The notes under the pieces are model-generated. The model ran no database searches. It was not told the DNA's origin and was given only the letters and a program-made list of their open reading frames with translations. The position numbers were made by a program, and so were the translations under genes. DNA of 63,975 bases, the filler included, from Reclinomonas americana ATCC 50394 (Eukaryota): assembly GCA_048213135.1 (NCBI GenBank). It is 6 parts of 4 records of this genome, joined end to end, with 100 filler letters (N's around TTAATTAATTAA, not from the genome) between each part and the next. Parts side by side here need not be neighbours in the genome. Positions count along the whole stretch, not along the records: positions 33,113 to 40,361 come from PS015099.1; positions 40,462 to 47,425 come from PS015099.1; positions 47,526 to 62,398 come from PS015099.1; 3 more parts are not named here. One strand, 5' to 3'. The stretch's first letter is position 1, and each line of letters opens with the position of its first letter. Below are positions 37,708 to 49,842 of the stretch, piece by piece.

Positions 37708-40062
37708 TCACTCGGCATCCTCGCCTGCATTGAGTCGAGCAGGGTAAGACGAATGCACACACACCACAGGTCACAAACTAGCAACAACAGAAGACACACG
37801 CACCACGCATGACGGCGTACGGATTGCCGACATCGCTGTCGAGCAGTTGCATGGTGTGCACGGTCTGGTCAATGGTGATTTGCCGGTGGTGGCCCCACGG
37901 ATGATTGCAGTTGCACACCTGCACATCGCCAGTCAGCAAAAAAAAAACGCACCTCATTACCAACACAACAACTCACCCACGGGCTGTTGAATCCGTCGCA
38001 GGCACACTCCCGCCGTGCGCACTTGAAGGGAATCTTGCCGGGGTCGTGTTCCGTGTGCTTGTGCTTGCAGCGGCAGCGCAAGATCCACGATCCCTCCGCC
38101 ACAATGTAGAAGAACTTTTTGCAGGCACAATTGCGCGTTCCGCAGCGGCCGCCGAGCCTGCGTGAACAGCACGGTCAGCGCCCACCCACCACTTTTCACA
38201 AGTCCCCCAAACAGCGGCGTACCCTCCATGCTCCCGCAGTCGATGGCCACACAAGCAGCGGCACTCCTCGCGAATCGGAATGCACACACGGTCGCACGTG
38301 GAGCAATGCCACGCCAGCATCTGTTTCACCCTCGTGTGCATACGCACATCGACCTCGGCATCGACGGGAATGGCCAGCGCCGTACTCGCACCCGCAGCCC
38401 CGTGGCCGTTTGCTGCGCCATGCGTGTGCACCTCCACCACCTCTGCCTCGGCGACCATGATTGCTGTTGCCGCCGGCGCTGCTGCCGCCGCGGAAGTGGG
38501 TGGCGGCCGCCGTGCTGTTTTTACGTGGTCGTGTGTGAGGGCAAGCAGATGACAACACAAAGATAATGCTCACTCACGCACCTCCTCCGCCTCCTCTGGA
38601 GGGAACGCGTGAAGCGGCGGTGGAGACAGCAGCGGATGCATTGGTCGACACGCCTCGACTGGCGGCCGCACTGCCTGCCGGTTGCCGCGCGGCAAGTGTC
38701 GATTTCAGCATGTCTACCGCGTCGGCTGGTGGCGGTTCAACGACGCTGGTCGCCACAGTGGTTGCAGATACAGCAGTTGTTGTGGTGGTGGTGGTGGTGG
38801 TCGCGGCCACCGGCGGTTGAGGGATTCGCGGTCTGGGAGCTGCGCACGATGTCAGCAACAGATACACGGGAAACGGCAACAACAAACACACCTGGCTTTC
38901 TCGGCGCCGGCCCACTGGACTGCCGTGCCAACACGGTGCTCTGCTCACTGACCACAGCCACGGTCTCCAGCAGGGCCGCCATTGAGGCGTGCTGGCGAGG
39001 CGACACCTCCGCATCGACATTAACCGACGTGCTCATGCGCATCGCCGTGCGCTGCGCCCGCGGACTCAACAGTGCGCTCTCCGGCGCCAGAATGGCCGGC
39101 GGCGGTTCCGCATCAGCTGCCGCCTCCGCATCGCCGTCAATCTCCACGCCACTGATGAACGACGACGCCACCATATGGTGCTGATAGTGAGGCGACCGAT
39201 GGCGACCACTGGTGCCGCTGTCGGGGAGCGATGCCGCCGGCATCTGCCGCCTCCGCTGCGAGCGCGGACTGTTCACCGGGCTGGTGTCGTTGGCGACGAC
39301 AGGCGGCGGCACGGCAGTGGCTCCCGGATCGTACGCCGGCAAACTCGGTTGCCGACTATGCTGCTGCTGCGCGTGCTGTTGCTGCTGTGCCTGCCACGTC
39401 CGTCGCGCCACACTTCGCGGACTCTTGATCAGCTCATGCACGGCTTCGCCAGGCGGCGACACGGGCGACGTGGCCTCATTGTCGGTGGCGACCGGCCGCC
39501 GCGGCGGCGGTTGCGGGATCACAGGCCGCGCCTGACTCGACCGCCGCACATGCACCGGCTGCTGCTGCCACTCACCCTCATGCGGTGGTGGCGGCACAGG
39601 CGGCGCGTGATGCTGCTGTTGATGCACCGGCGGCGGCGACACATCCGGCGACGAACCCGCTCCACCCGTCACATCAGGTGGCGAGTGCGGCCCGCCCATG
39701 ATCGTCACCTGCCCGCCACGAAAGTCACTGCTGCTCGACACCTTGGCCGTGGGCTTGAACGTGGCAAACGGCAGCTTCCCACGCGACAAGTCCTTGACCA
39801 CTGGCCGCCGCGGTGCCGCCGCCACCGCCTGTCGACTCGACGGTCGACTTCCTCCACCCACAGTCGCACTCACCGCAGAGGCAAGAGGAGCAGCCGCGAT
39901 GACACCAGGCGGCTGCGATGACACACAATCAGAGTGTGCGCGATGATGCGATCATGTGAAACCGACCTGTGGAATGCTCCGTCGCATCGCCGCCGCACTT
40001 CGCGCACTAGGCAGCGGCTTAGGCGCACCTGCTCCACCATCACCACCACCATCACCGTCCAT
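37708..40062 (-). CDS. Pro/Gln/Ser-rich protein with a C-terminal Cys/His-rich FAM221 (DUF4475)-like domain
   Basis: CRCLCGHRLREH...CACKKFFYIVAEGSWILRCRCKHKHTEHD...CACDGFNSPW|VCNCNHPWGHH, preceded by a long low-complexity N-terminal exon. Putative ATG at 40062. Confidence 0.75.
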
Positions 40063-40238
40063 GATCACTGGACGCAAAAGAAAGAAAATGAGCGCGAAAA
40101 GCAACGACCACCCAGCGCGATATCGAACACACCACCACAGCACGCAACAGCAGACACGCACGCAGTCTTCGTTACACAGAAAGGACGCACACAACAACAG
40201 ACAGTCGCGAGCTTGTCGTTTTGTCACTTCACCACGCA

Positions 40239-40361
40239 ATGACTGATCGCTTGAGCGATGCTGCTCGTGCGCTCTTGCGCAGTCGTCACCAGTCGATTGC
40301 GGTTGGTTCTGTGAGCAGTGGCAGTGGCAGTGTTGGTGGCGCTGGTGTGCAGCGTGTGACA
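40239..40361 (+). CDS. Possible N-terminus of a divergently transcribed gene, cut by linker
   Basis: MTDRLSDAARALLRSRHQSIAVG... is open up to the gap. Confidence 0.35.
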
Positions 40362-40607
40362 NNNNNNNNNNNNNNNNNNNNNNNNNNNNNNNNNNNNNNN
40401 NNNNNTTAATTAATTAANNNNNNNNNNNNNNNNNNNNNNNNNNNNNNNNNNNNNNNNNNNNAACCCGGCCTGCCTCTCTCTTTCTCTCTCTGTTTTTGTT
40501 TTGCTTTCTTTCCTGGGGTTATGAACAATGCGCCCAGGCGTGTAGTAATGAGAATGAACGAAAAGAGAAAACAACAGCCAGTGTTCATCAACAATAACTA
40601 TAGAGAG

Positions 40608-40667
40608 TCAGTCGCCGAGAACGTCGTCCAGCCAGGCCTCTAGTTCTTGCACGTCGGCGGTGGTGGA
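40608..40667 (-). CDS. Orphan terminal exon (STTADVQELEAWLDDVLGD*)
   Basis: Follows a long polypyrimidine tract and a ttccag acceptor, with coding-like codon usage. Upstream exons were not identified. Confidence 0.5.
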   Translation of the reverse strand, partial: STTADVQELEAWLDDVLGD

Positions 40668-40669
40668 CT

Positions 40670-41680
40670 GGAAGGGGAAGGCAACGGGATAGTGAGAGTG
40701 CAGGGGGAGAAGGAAAGGGGGAGGAGGGGAGAAGGGGGAGGAGGGGAGAAGGGGGAGGAGGGGAGAAGGGGGAGAGAAGGGGAAGGGAAGGGAGGGAGAA
40801 GGGGAAGAGTGGCAGAAGTGAAAGGGAGAGGGAATGGGAGAATGAGTGGAAACGCAAGGAAGAGAAAGAGAGAGAGAGGAAGGGAAATGAAGCGAAGAGG
40901 AAGGACAAGCTGCAGGAACCGGAAACGGAGACGAGAATGGAACGAAGACGTCAAAGGAAAGATGGGCAGCAGGAAAGGGGAACAGAGACAAACGGAACGA
41001 TGTAAGCAAAAGGAAGGAAGAGGAGGAAGTGGAAGCAGAGAGGAAGGAAAAGCTGCAGGAACAAGAACATCGACGAGAATGGATCGATGAATAGAACGGC
41101 AGCAAAGCACGATAGAGGGAGCGGGCAACAGGAAAGGGGAACAGAGACAAACAAAACGACGTAAGCAAAGGAAGGATGAGGAGGAAGTGGAAGCAAAGAG
41201 GAATAACAAGCTGCTGGCAAAGAGGTGAACAGAACGGCGAAAGAGATCAAAGGGGAGTCGGCAAAGCAGGCAGAGGAGGATGGAGGGAGTGGGCGACAGG
41301 ACCGGGGAACAGAGACAAACAGAACGCCGTAAACGATAAGAGGCAAGGAGGGGAAGTGGAAGCAAAGAGGAAGGAAAAGCTGCAGGAACTGGAAACAGAG
41401 ACGAGAAGGGAACGATGAAAAAGGCCAAAGGAATTGCGGCAAAGCAAGAAGAGGAGGATGGAGGGAGTGGGCAGCAGGAAAGAGGAACAGGCACGCCGTG
41501 AGCGATGAAAGAGGGCAAGGAAGGAAGAGAAAGAGGAAAAAAGGGGGGTGAAGGAGGTCAAAAGGAAGACGGAAACAGGGCTGAACGACGATGTTGGACG
41601 AGCGAGCAGCAGGAGCCAAGCAGAGGCACTGTTTGGAAGAGAGAGACGGGAACTGCAAAGAGAGAAGAAGGCTCACAAGA
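40670..41680. repeat. Purine-rich degenerate minisatellite (likely intronic)
   Basis: Recurring ggaaaggggaacagagacaaac..aacga..taagc and gaagtggaagca.agagga. Confidence 0.65.
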
Positions 41681-42788
41681 TCAGTGGAGGCAGCTGTGCA
41701 TCTAAGTCTCTCTCTTGTTCTCTTTGCCTGTCTCTCTGCTCTGCTCTACCTCTCTGTGTTCTTTCTTGTTCTCTTTGCCTGCCTTCCTCTTCTCGTTCGC
41801 GCAGTCTACTCTGTTCTCTTCTCTTCTCTCTCTCTCTGTGTGTTCTCTTCTCTCTCCCTTATTCACTCACCGCCGACACCTCCCCCACTCCACTCCCCTT
41901 CTCCTCCTCCTCCTTCTCCTTCTCTCCCCTCTCCTCCCTCTGTGGCAGTCGTCGCTGAGCAGGTCGCCTCCTTCCCGAGGCCACAAACACTCCACCACTG
42001 CTGCTGCTGTTGTGATCATCAGAAGCAGGGCTGCGTGATTGCGTCCACGAGAGGCGCTGCTCGACAGAGGGACAGTGTGTGCGCACGAGGGTGCCGAGGG
42101 CGTTCAGGTCGAGTGACACGGCCATCTCTCACAAACAACGAAGGGAGAAGAATGATTGCGGACACGGGACCGAAACTCTTTGCATGAAGTTGTTCCCAGA
42201 GGCAGAAGTCCTTTTCTGAAAGCAAAAGAAGACCCAACAGGCATCGGGTCGCCTGATTATGAAGTCAGATGAGCGCTTAAATGACTTCGAGAGCTTCTGG
42301 GTGAGCGATCCGATCGCGAATTTCGTAGAGTCGCTTGTGTACAAGTACAAGCGCATCGGCACGTTGGCAAGCTCGGCAACATCCTGCCACTGTTCCAGAA
42401 ACCAATGCACGCGGTAAAGGCCTCGCAAACGTCTGGCAGCATCGCCACAGCTGCCGATGAGAAGGGGCAAACTGCTGCGGACGGCAAAGCCTCGAATGCA
42501 CTTGATGGCTCATCGGTTTCCATTGCAGACCAGGTCACTGTGTTCGAAGTGTTCCTGTCGCACTTGATGAAAGCCGATGCATTGTCGATGCGCAATCCGT
42601 GACAGCTATGAGGGCAGACGTCGCTTGACTCGTCTCCGTCACCTGCTGCCATACAACAACACAGCTTCTATCGAGGCACTCACCACCTCCCATCATCCTC
42701 TCGTTGCAAACGATACCTGCCAACACGGTTCACTGTCGCTCTGTCGGTGTTGCGTCGGCCTCTCTCATTCTCTCTCTGTGTGTGTGGC

Positions 42789-43894
42789 TCACACGCGCAC
42801 TGTTGATGCCCAGGCTGGGTATGCGGCGTACAGGTGGTCCACAGTCTGGTTGACGTCGTGGCAAAGGCCCTCGATCTCGTGGCCCCAGGCGGAGATGCTG
42901 TCGCGGTCTGTGTGGGGAGGGCATGTGGTGAGCAAGACGTGCAAGAGGCGAGCGGCGGAGGTGATGATGAGAGAGCAAGAATTTACAACCGCATGTGTAC
43001 ACACGCACGCACAGATAGAGAGTGTGTGTGTGTGAGAGAGAGAGAGCGAGAGCGAAACAACGACAGTGAACAGTGCACTTTGAGACTAGAAAATCGCACA
43101 CATGAGCAGAGAGAGAGAGAGCGATGGATGAACGAGCACACATGCTCATCACTCGCATGCAGCTAATCTAACGCTGTTCTCTCTCTCTCTCTCTCACACA
43201 CAAATGAACACGCTTAACCTCCTTTCTCTCTCTCATACGTACGCACACACAACCCGCTTCATTCTGCCTCTCTCTCTCTCTATCTCTTGCAATCACTCAT
43301 GCACTCACTATTACTGACTGCCAACAACAACACTTCTGATTCTGAGTCATCAGGACGCACCGCCGTACCCCTTCACCTTCATATCACCCCTCCTCATCCC
43401 CCCTCTCCTCACCAACCCTCCCCCTCCTTCTCCTCCACCTCCTCCACTCACCGAGATCAAAGTTGATGACATTGTCGATCTGATCAATGGTGGCATGCAG
43501 GCGATTCTCCACAATCATGCGCGACGCAATCTTCTCCGCTCGCCTCGGCTCAATGTCGAGCAGGCGGCCGAGCTCCGCCACCGTGATGTTCGAGTAGATC
43601 TTGCTGGCCGAGAGCAAGTTGTGCTCAATCACGGCGCGGTCGAGCACGGTGGTGTTGTCGGCCAGTTTCGCCTTGTGATGCTCGTCGAGGTGCTGCTCAA
43701 AGGCGATCTTCTCCTCAGCCGACAGAATTCTCTCCATGTACATTTTCTGCGTGCGCAGCGATGAGGAAAAAGCGGTGGGAAGCGAAGGAGTGGGTGTCAA
43801 ATAGACAAACCTGCAGCACCGAGAACACCTCGAGTCTTGCTGACCGTTCGTCCTTGTACAGCATGGCCAGCAGACGTGAGCGCTTTGGACCGGC
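42789..43894 (-). CDS. COPS4: COP9 signalosome subunit 4, 3' exons (PCI domain and C-terminus)
   Basis: [70 protein letters not shown], and last exon [15 protein letters not shown]...PAW. Confidence 0.93.
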
Positions 43895-44512
43895 CTGTGG
43901 GAGGAGGGAGAGGGATGAGAAGAGGGAGAAGGAGGAGAGGGTAAGGTGGGAAGGATGAGAAAATGCAGAGAGCACGAGGGTGACAAGGAAACTTCCGAAG
44001 ATTCTTTCTCATGCGCAGATGCAGAAGCATTTCTCCATCGCTCGACATTAAAACGTAATCTCACATACAACCCAGACTCGGACTCTCTTTCTCTCTCTCC
44101 CTCTCTGTAACACAAGGGCACTATCGCCACTCGACTGCTCGTGTGTCTGAACGAACGGCTTTCAAACTGGGTGGACCCCTTCACACACGTGATTAAAATC
44201 TTCTCAATCTCCTGAGAACACCCTCTCGTGCACACTCACAGCAACCACAGGTCGTCCTGTAGACACAAACGCACGTAAATGCGACTTATTGTCTCGCAAC
44301 GATGATCATATTCTCTCTCTCTCTCTCTGTGCAGAAACACTCTCTCGCACACACACATACTCATACACACACACACACACACACACACATACACACGCAC
44401 ACACACACACNNNNNNNNNNNNNNNNNNNNGAGAGAGGGAGAGAGTTTCCTCAAGTCACTTGTCCACTGCATTTACATAGTCACACACACACTCACACTC
44501 ACACACACACAC

Positions 44513-44556
<44 letters not shown>

Positions 44557-44652
44557 ACACACACACACTCACTCACTCACTCACTCACTCACTCACTTAC
44601 TCACTTTCCTCCTCACCTCCCCTTTTCCCTTTCCCTTTCCCCCTTCCCGCAG

Positions 44653-45665
44653 TCGTCGAGGACGGCTCCATTGCGGGAGACGCTCGCGAGGTGCTCGCCC
44701 TCGCCGTCGCACAACTGCAGAGCCTGCCCGATCTCGACCGACGAGTGGTGGCCGGCCGCATTTTCCTCGAGGCCTTTGCGCTGCGCACGAGCGCCTACGA
44801 GGATCTCGCCACGCAACTGCGTGAGTCACTGGCCAAGGCGCACGAGGGACTCGGAAACTTCCGTGGAGCGGCGCGTGTGTTGTCGGAGATTGCGTTGGAC
44901 ACGGGTCATCGGTGAGTGCCTCTTTCCCCCGTGTCCTTTTTTTCTGGAGCGTTTTGCGCTTGTGCTGTGCCCTCGTCATGGTCAGTTGTCTGCTGCTCAC
45001 TCTCCTTCTGTTCACGCGGGGTATTCCCTGTCCTCGTTTCTCGTGGGAAGGTCGATGTGCTGCGCTTCTTTGTGTGCAATGGAGAGTCTCCAACATCGTG
45101 TCACTCGTGGTGTACTTGTGTTTGTGAGAAGGTCGAGAAACTCGGTGTTAGTGTTGTTTCTGTGGTGTACCCGATGCTCCTGCCAAATGGTCGTGATTCT
45201 CGTGTTGCTGCGTTTGTGGGGTTTCTTCGCTCTTCCACCTTTCTCGCCAGATCTCGGGTGTCTCCGGATCGTGTTTTCAGTGCTTTCGCCTCTTGCCCAC
45301 AGCCAGCTTACTCACCGCTCTTCCCTTCCCCCTCCCCTCCCCTCCCTTCCAGCTCCTACACCGCCGCCTACAAGGCCAAGACATACGTCACCATCGCGCT
45401 GTACTATTTGATGGACGACGACGCCGTGCAAGCCGAGTCGTACAACCACCGCGCCGCCGCCTTTGTGCCCGAGCTCAAGCTCAGCGACCGTGGCGAGTAT
45501 CTGGTGGACCTGCGCTACTGGACCAACTTTGCGCGCATTCAGGACTCGAAGAAAAAGTTCTACGAGGCCTCCATGTCGTACTACAGACTGCTGCCGAAGA
45601 TCATGTTGGAGACGGAGAAGGATCAGGCGTTGGAGAAGGCCATTGTGTGTGCGGTGTTGGCGAAG
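44653..45665 (+). CDS. COPS4: COP9 signalosome subunit 4, middle exons on a flipped contig (44431-46006)
   Basis: RTSAYEDLATQLRESLA...IALDTGHR and YLMDDDAVQAESY..RA...FARIQDSKKKFYEAS...AIVCAVLAK|, which continues into AGPKRSR at 43894(-). Confidence 0.9.
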
Positions 45666-45804
45666 GTGAGGAGAGGGGGGAAAGGGAAAGGGAGAGAGAG
45701 AGGGAGAGAAAGACAAGGATCGTGTGTTTGTGTGTGGAGATCAAGGATGATCTACAGGACGACCTGTGGTTGATGTGCGTGTGTGCGCGAGAGAGTGTTT
45801 CTGC

Positions 45805-45837
<33 letters not shown>

Positions 45838-45914
45838 CTATTCATCATTTCGAGACAAGGAGGGTGCATGCGTCTCTGGAGAACAAGAATGATCTGCAAG
45901 ACGACCTGTGGTTG

Positions 45915-46006
<92 letters not shown>

Positions 46007-46072
46007 NNNNNNNNNNNNNNNNNNNNCGGAGAAAGATGATCAGATACACACACACACGCGCGCTTCCTCCTC

Positions 46073-46115
<43 letters not shown>

Positions 46116-46449
46116 TCTCCTTCTGCTTCGAACGCACCATCGGATCCAACATGACAATCATCATCATCACCTCGGCCAGTGCCGGTCCACTTGCTCGCGT
46201 CAGTGCATTCGCAATGTCACGCTTCTCGGCAAACGTAAACGCAGACGACATTTTGCTGCAACACAACAAAGAGAGAGAAAGAGAGGTGAAATTTTGAGTC
46301 GAAGTTGCGCACGAAAAGCGCGAATGCAGACACTCCCTCTGCATAACACAGCAGAGCAGGCGTGTAGGGCTTTGGATTACAACTCGAGTTTGACATGTGC
46401 ATTGCAGCTGGTCATGTATGCAAATTGATCATGATTTCGAAAGATCGTA

Positions 46450-46890
46450 CGCGTGACTGCAGCTGTGTTTCACGCGTTCAAGCTGTTAACTTGTGGATCT
46501 GTATTGAGCGACAAGCTGGCACTCTCACCCTGTAACTGTGACCGCGATAGACGGAGGGCTTTCGAATTTCTGCGCGATTTTATCGAATTCGAAAGAAAAA
46601 CTGACTGCAGCTGTTTTTGCGCGCACTCGAGCTGTTCTCTATGTGCACCGGTGCTGAGAAGCTTGTGAGCATCCGTTATGCAATTGTGGACGCGGTGAAT
46701 GGAGGACTTTTCGACTTTCTAAGCGACTTGACGATTTCAGGAGAGCGTCCTGGGGCAGTTTAGCGCGCACCCTAGCAGCTTTTAATGTGCATCTATACTA
46801 GGAGCCGTGTGGGTATTCCCCCTATAATTGTGGAAGCAGTGGACGGAGGGCTTTTCGTCAAGTTTTGCGCAAACTTCGTCAATGCATCAA
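46450..46890. repeat. Degenerate tandem repeat of about 148 bp, about 3 copies
   Basis: tgactgcagctgt at 46454 and 46602; related blocks ending ggagg(g/a)cttt(t)cg begin near 46532, 46681 and 46824. Confidence 0.6.
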
Positions 46891-47365
46891 ACGGCGAAAA
46901 CGAAATAAAATCCCTGGTATAGTGGCGGCGACGTGCACAGTTACTCTTGCCCGCTGCACATTGAGTATACTGCTCAAGCGTGCGCAGAACATTGCAACTT
47001 TTCTGCGCCAGGACAGCGGGACTGTCCACTCTCACGCCATCTAATCCCATCTTCTTCTGTGTCTGTGTGCACTCGCGTACCTTTCCATGTTTGCATCTGT
47101 CAAGTCGGCGAGCACAGGAGAGGCGCGTCAGCGCTTGGCGTTGGGGGCGCTGGAGGCCATGATGGCCGACCCGTCTCGTGACGCGGAACTCTCCGCCTTC
47201 CTCGTCAGCTGTTGCGTTAAATGAGACAGTGAGAGTAAGAGAGAGTGAGAGAGAGGTGGAAGGGGGAAGAGAGAGGAGTGAGAGTGTGTGTGAAGATATT
47301 TTCAGTGTTGTTGTCTGCTCGTGTGCGGAAGAGCGTGTGCTCAGTGCATGCTCAGGCAGGCAGGC

Positions 47366-47416
<51 letters not shown>

Positions 47417-47529
47417 GAGGAGTAGNNNNNNNNNNNNNNNNNNNNNNNNNNNNNNNNNNNNNNNNNNNNTTAATTAATTAANNNNNNNNNNNNNNNNNNN
47501 NNNNNNNNNNNNNNNNNNNNNNNNNCGTA

Positions 47530-47619
<90 letters not shown>

Positions 47620-47730
47620 GCCCTCGTCCCCACCCTTTCCCTTGTCCCCACCCTTTCCCTTCTCCTCTTACTTCCCCCTCTTACCATTCCCTTTCCCTCT
47701 GCCAGTTTGCTCACCCTTTCCTTTTTTCAG

Positions 47731-49755
47731 CCAATACGCCTACCCGCTCTCGCAACTGCCGAACGGCAAGCGCGACCGCGCCGTGGACGAGTTCGCCATT
47801 GAGGCACTCTTCACCACGCTCACCAATGTCAACTTTGACCCTTCGCGCTTCCGCGTGATGCTGCGCGAGGGCCAGCAGCTGCGCGATCGCGCCAAGGCCG
47901 CGCTGGAGAAGGCCACGGGCAAGTCGCAGTTTGTGGTGGGGCCGGCCCAGCTCAACATCGACGCCGATGCGCCGCTGGAGAAGCTGAACGCCATGGGCGA
48001 TTCGGTTCGTAGATTGACAAGTCTCTTGTTTCTCCTTTTCCACTCACGTGCTTGGGTGTTCGTACGTAGGTTGGTCTGCAGAGTCGCATGGAGGGCGGCA
48101 ACAAGGACATTGTCGGACTGCAGGAACTCGTAATGTACGGCCTGAAGGGCATGGCGGCGTATGCCGTGCATGCGCAGCGCCTGGGCGAGAGCAGCCAGGA
48201 GGTGTACGATTTCACCCACAAGGTCCTCAACTGGATGTGCACCGACGACGCCTTTGTCGCCGGTAACTGCCTGAAGATGGCCCTGGAGGTCGGCGCCATG
48301 AACTACAAGGTTTGCACATGCGTGCGCAAATGACCTCCATTGCGCGGCGTGCTGATTCTTTTCCCCACCAGGTGATGGCGTTGCTGGACAAGGCACACAC
48401 GCAGCGTTATGGCAACCCCGAGCCGACTCAGGTGCGACTTTGCTTCGTCTTTTGAGGCATTGCCTTTTTCTGTCGCTCACACTCTTTCGTGTTGCAGCTT
48501 CGCGTTACCGCCAAGAAGGGCAAGTGCATCCTGGTCTCCGGCCACGACATGCACGATCTGGAGGCGTTGTTGGAGGCAACCAAGGGCAAGGGCATCAACG
48601 TGTACACTCACGGCGAGATGCTGCCGGCCTCGGCTTACCCCGGCCTGAAGAAGGTTTCTGTGAATTGCAGTCGTTGGCCTCTGTTTGTGGTCATTAGTGA
48701 GCTGACTTGTGATGGCGGCAACCCAGTACCCGCACCTGGTGGGCAACTATGGCGGCGCGTGGCAGTTGCAAAAGTTTGAGTTCTCGCGCTTCCCGGGCTC
48801 CATTGTTGCGTGCTGTCATTGCATCTGCACGTACGCGCGCCTCGCACCTGGCACTCATCATCCTTTTCCCACGAACCAGCTGGTGACCTCGAACTGCCTG
48901 GTCGAGCCGCGCCCGTCGTACGCCAAGCGCATCTTCACCACTGGTCCCGGTGGCTGGCCCGGCGTGGAGCACCTGCCGCACGGCAAGTACGACTCGCTGA
49001 TTGCCAAGGCGCTGGCTGAGGACGGCTTCCTGGAGGACGAGCCGGAGAAGTTCATCACCATTGGTTTCGGCCACAACGCCATCCTGTCACACGCGGAGAC
49101 CATTGTCGGCGCCATCAAGGCCGGCGCCATCAAGGACTTTTACGTCATTGGTGGCTGCGACGGAGCCGAGGGCGAGCGCTCGTACTTCAAGAAGCTGGCC
49201 ACCAGCCTCGGCAAGGAGTCTGTGGTGCTGACCATGGGCTGCGGCAAGGTGTGTGTGTCTCGGTCTCCCTCTCTGTGCCAGTGAAGACATGCTCGCCTGG
49301 ATCCTCAAACGCCTTTCTTTCCTGCACGCAGTACCGTTTCAACAAGCTGGACTTTGGCACCGTCGGCGACTCGGGCATTCCGCGTCTGCTTGACCTCGGC
49401 CAGTGCAACGACTCGTACGGCGCCCTGCAAGGTTGGCACTCACGGCGACGTGCGTCTCTGTATCTGCGATCTCAGGCACTCATCCTTTTCTCCTTTCCTT
49501 TCCTATTTCGCAGTTGCTCTGGCGCTCGCCAAGGTGCTCAACACCGACGTGAACTCGCTGCCCATCAACTACGCCGTCTCGTGGTTCGAGCAAAAGGCCG
49601 TGGCCGTGCTGCTCACCCTGCTCCACCTCGGCATCAAGCGCATCCACCTGGGCCCGCACTTGCCGGCGTTCGTGCCGCCGTCGGCACTGGACCTGCTGGT
49701 GAAGAATTTTGAGCTGGCGCCCATCACCACCCCCGAGAAGGACTTCAAGCTCTAA
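47731..49755 (+). CDS. hcp: Hybrid cluster protein (prismane; hydroxylamine/NO reductase), 8 visible exons, N-terminal Cys cluster beyond the gap
   Basis: [90 protein letters not shown]. Confidence 0.97.
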
Positions 49756-49842
49756 ATCGGCAGCTGTTGGCACCACACCAATCAATGCACGATACCCATA
49801 ATATGATGAAATGCAAGCCGCTTGTACTTATATAAGTGATAT

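Noticed and set aside
38989-39921. 310-aa Arg-rich plus-strand ORF
   Set aside because: Antisense shadow of the GC-rich exon of the FAM221-like gene.
44431-46006. CSN4 middle exons on the opposite strand (gene scrambling or trans-splicing?)
   Set aside because: The segment is bounded by 20-N gaps next to (CA)/(GT) microsatellites. Flipping it restores exon order and aligns the intronic gacgacctgtggttg repeat, so it is a mis-oriented contig.
46138-46251. MSSAFTFAEKRDIANAL... as CSN4 exon 1
   Set aside because: Position and strand fit, but its phase does not match the next visible exon and similarity is not recognisable, so it is left uncalled.
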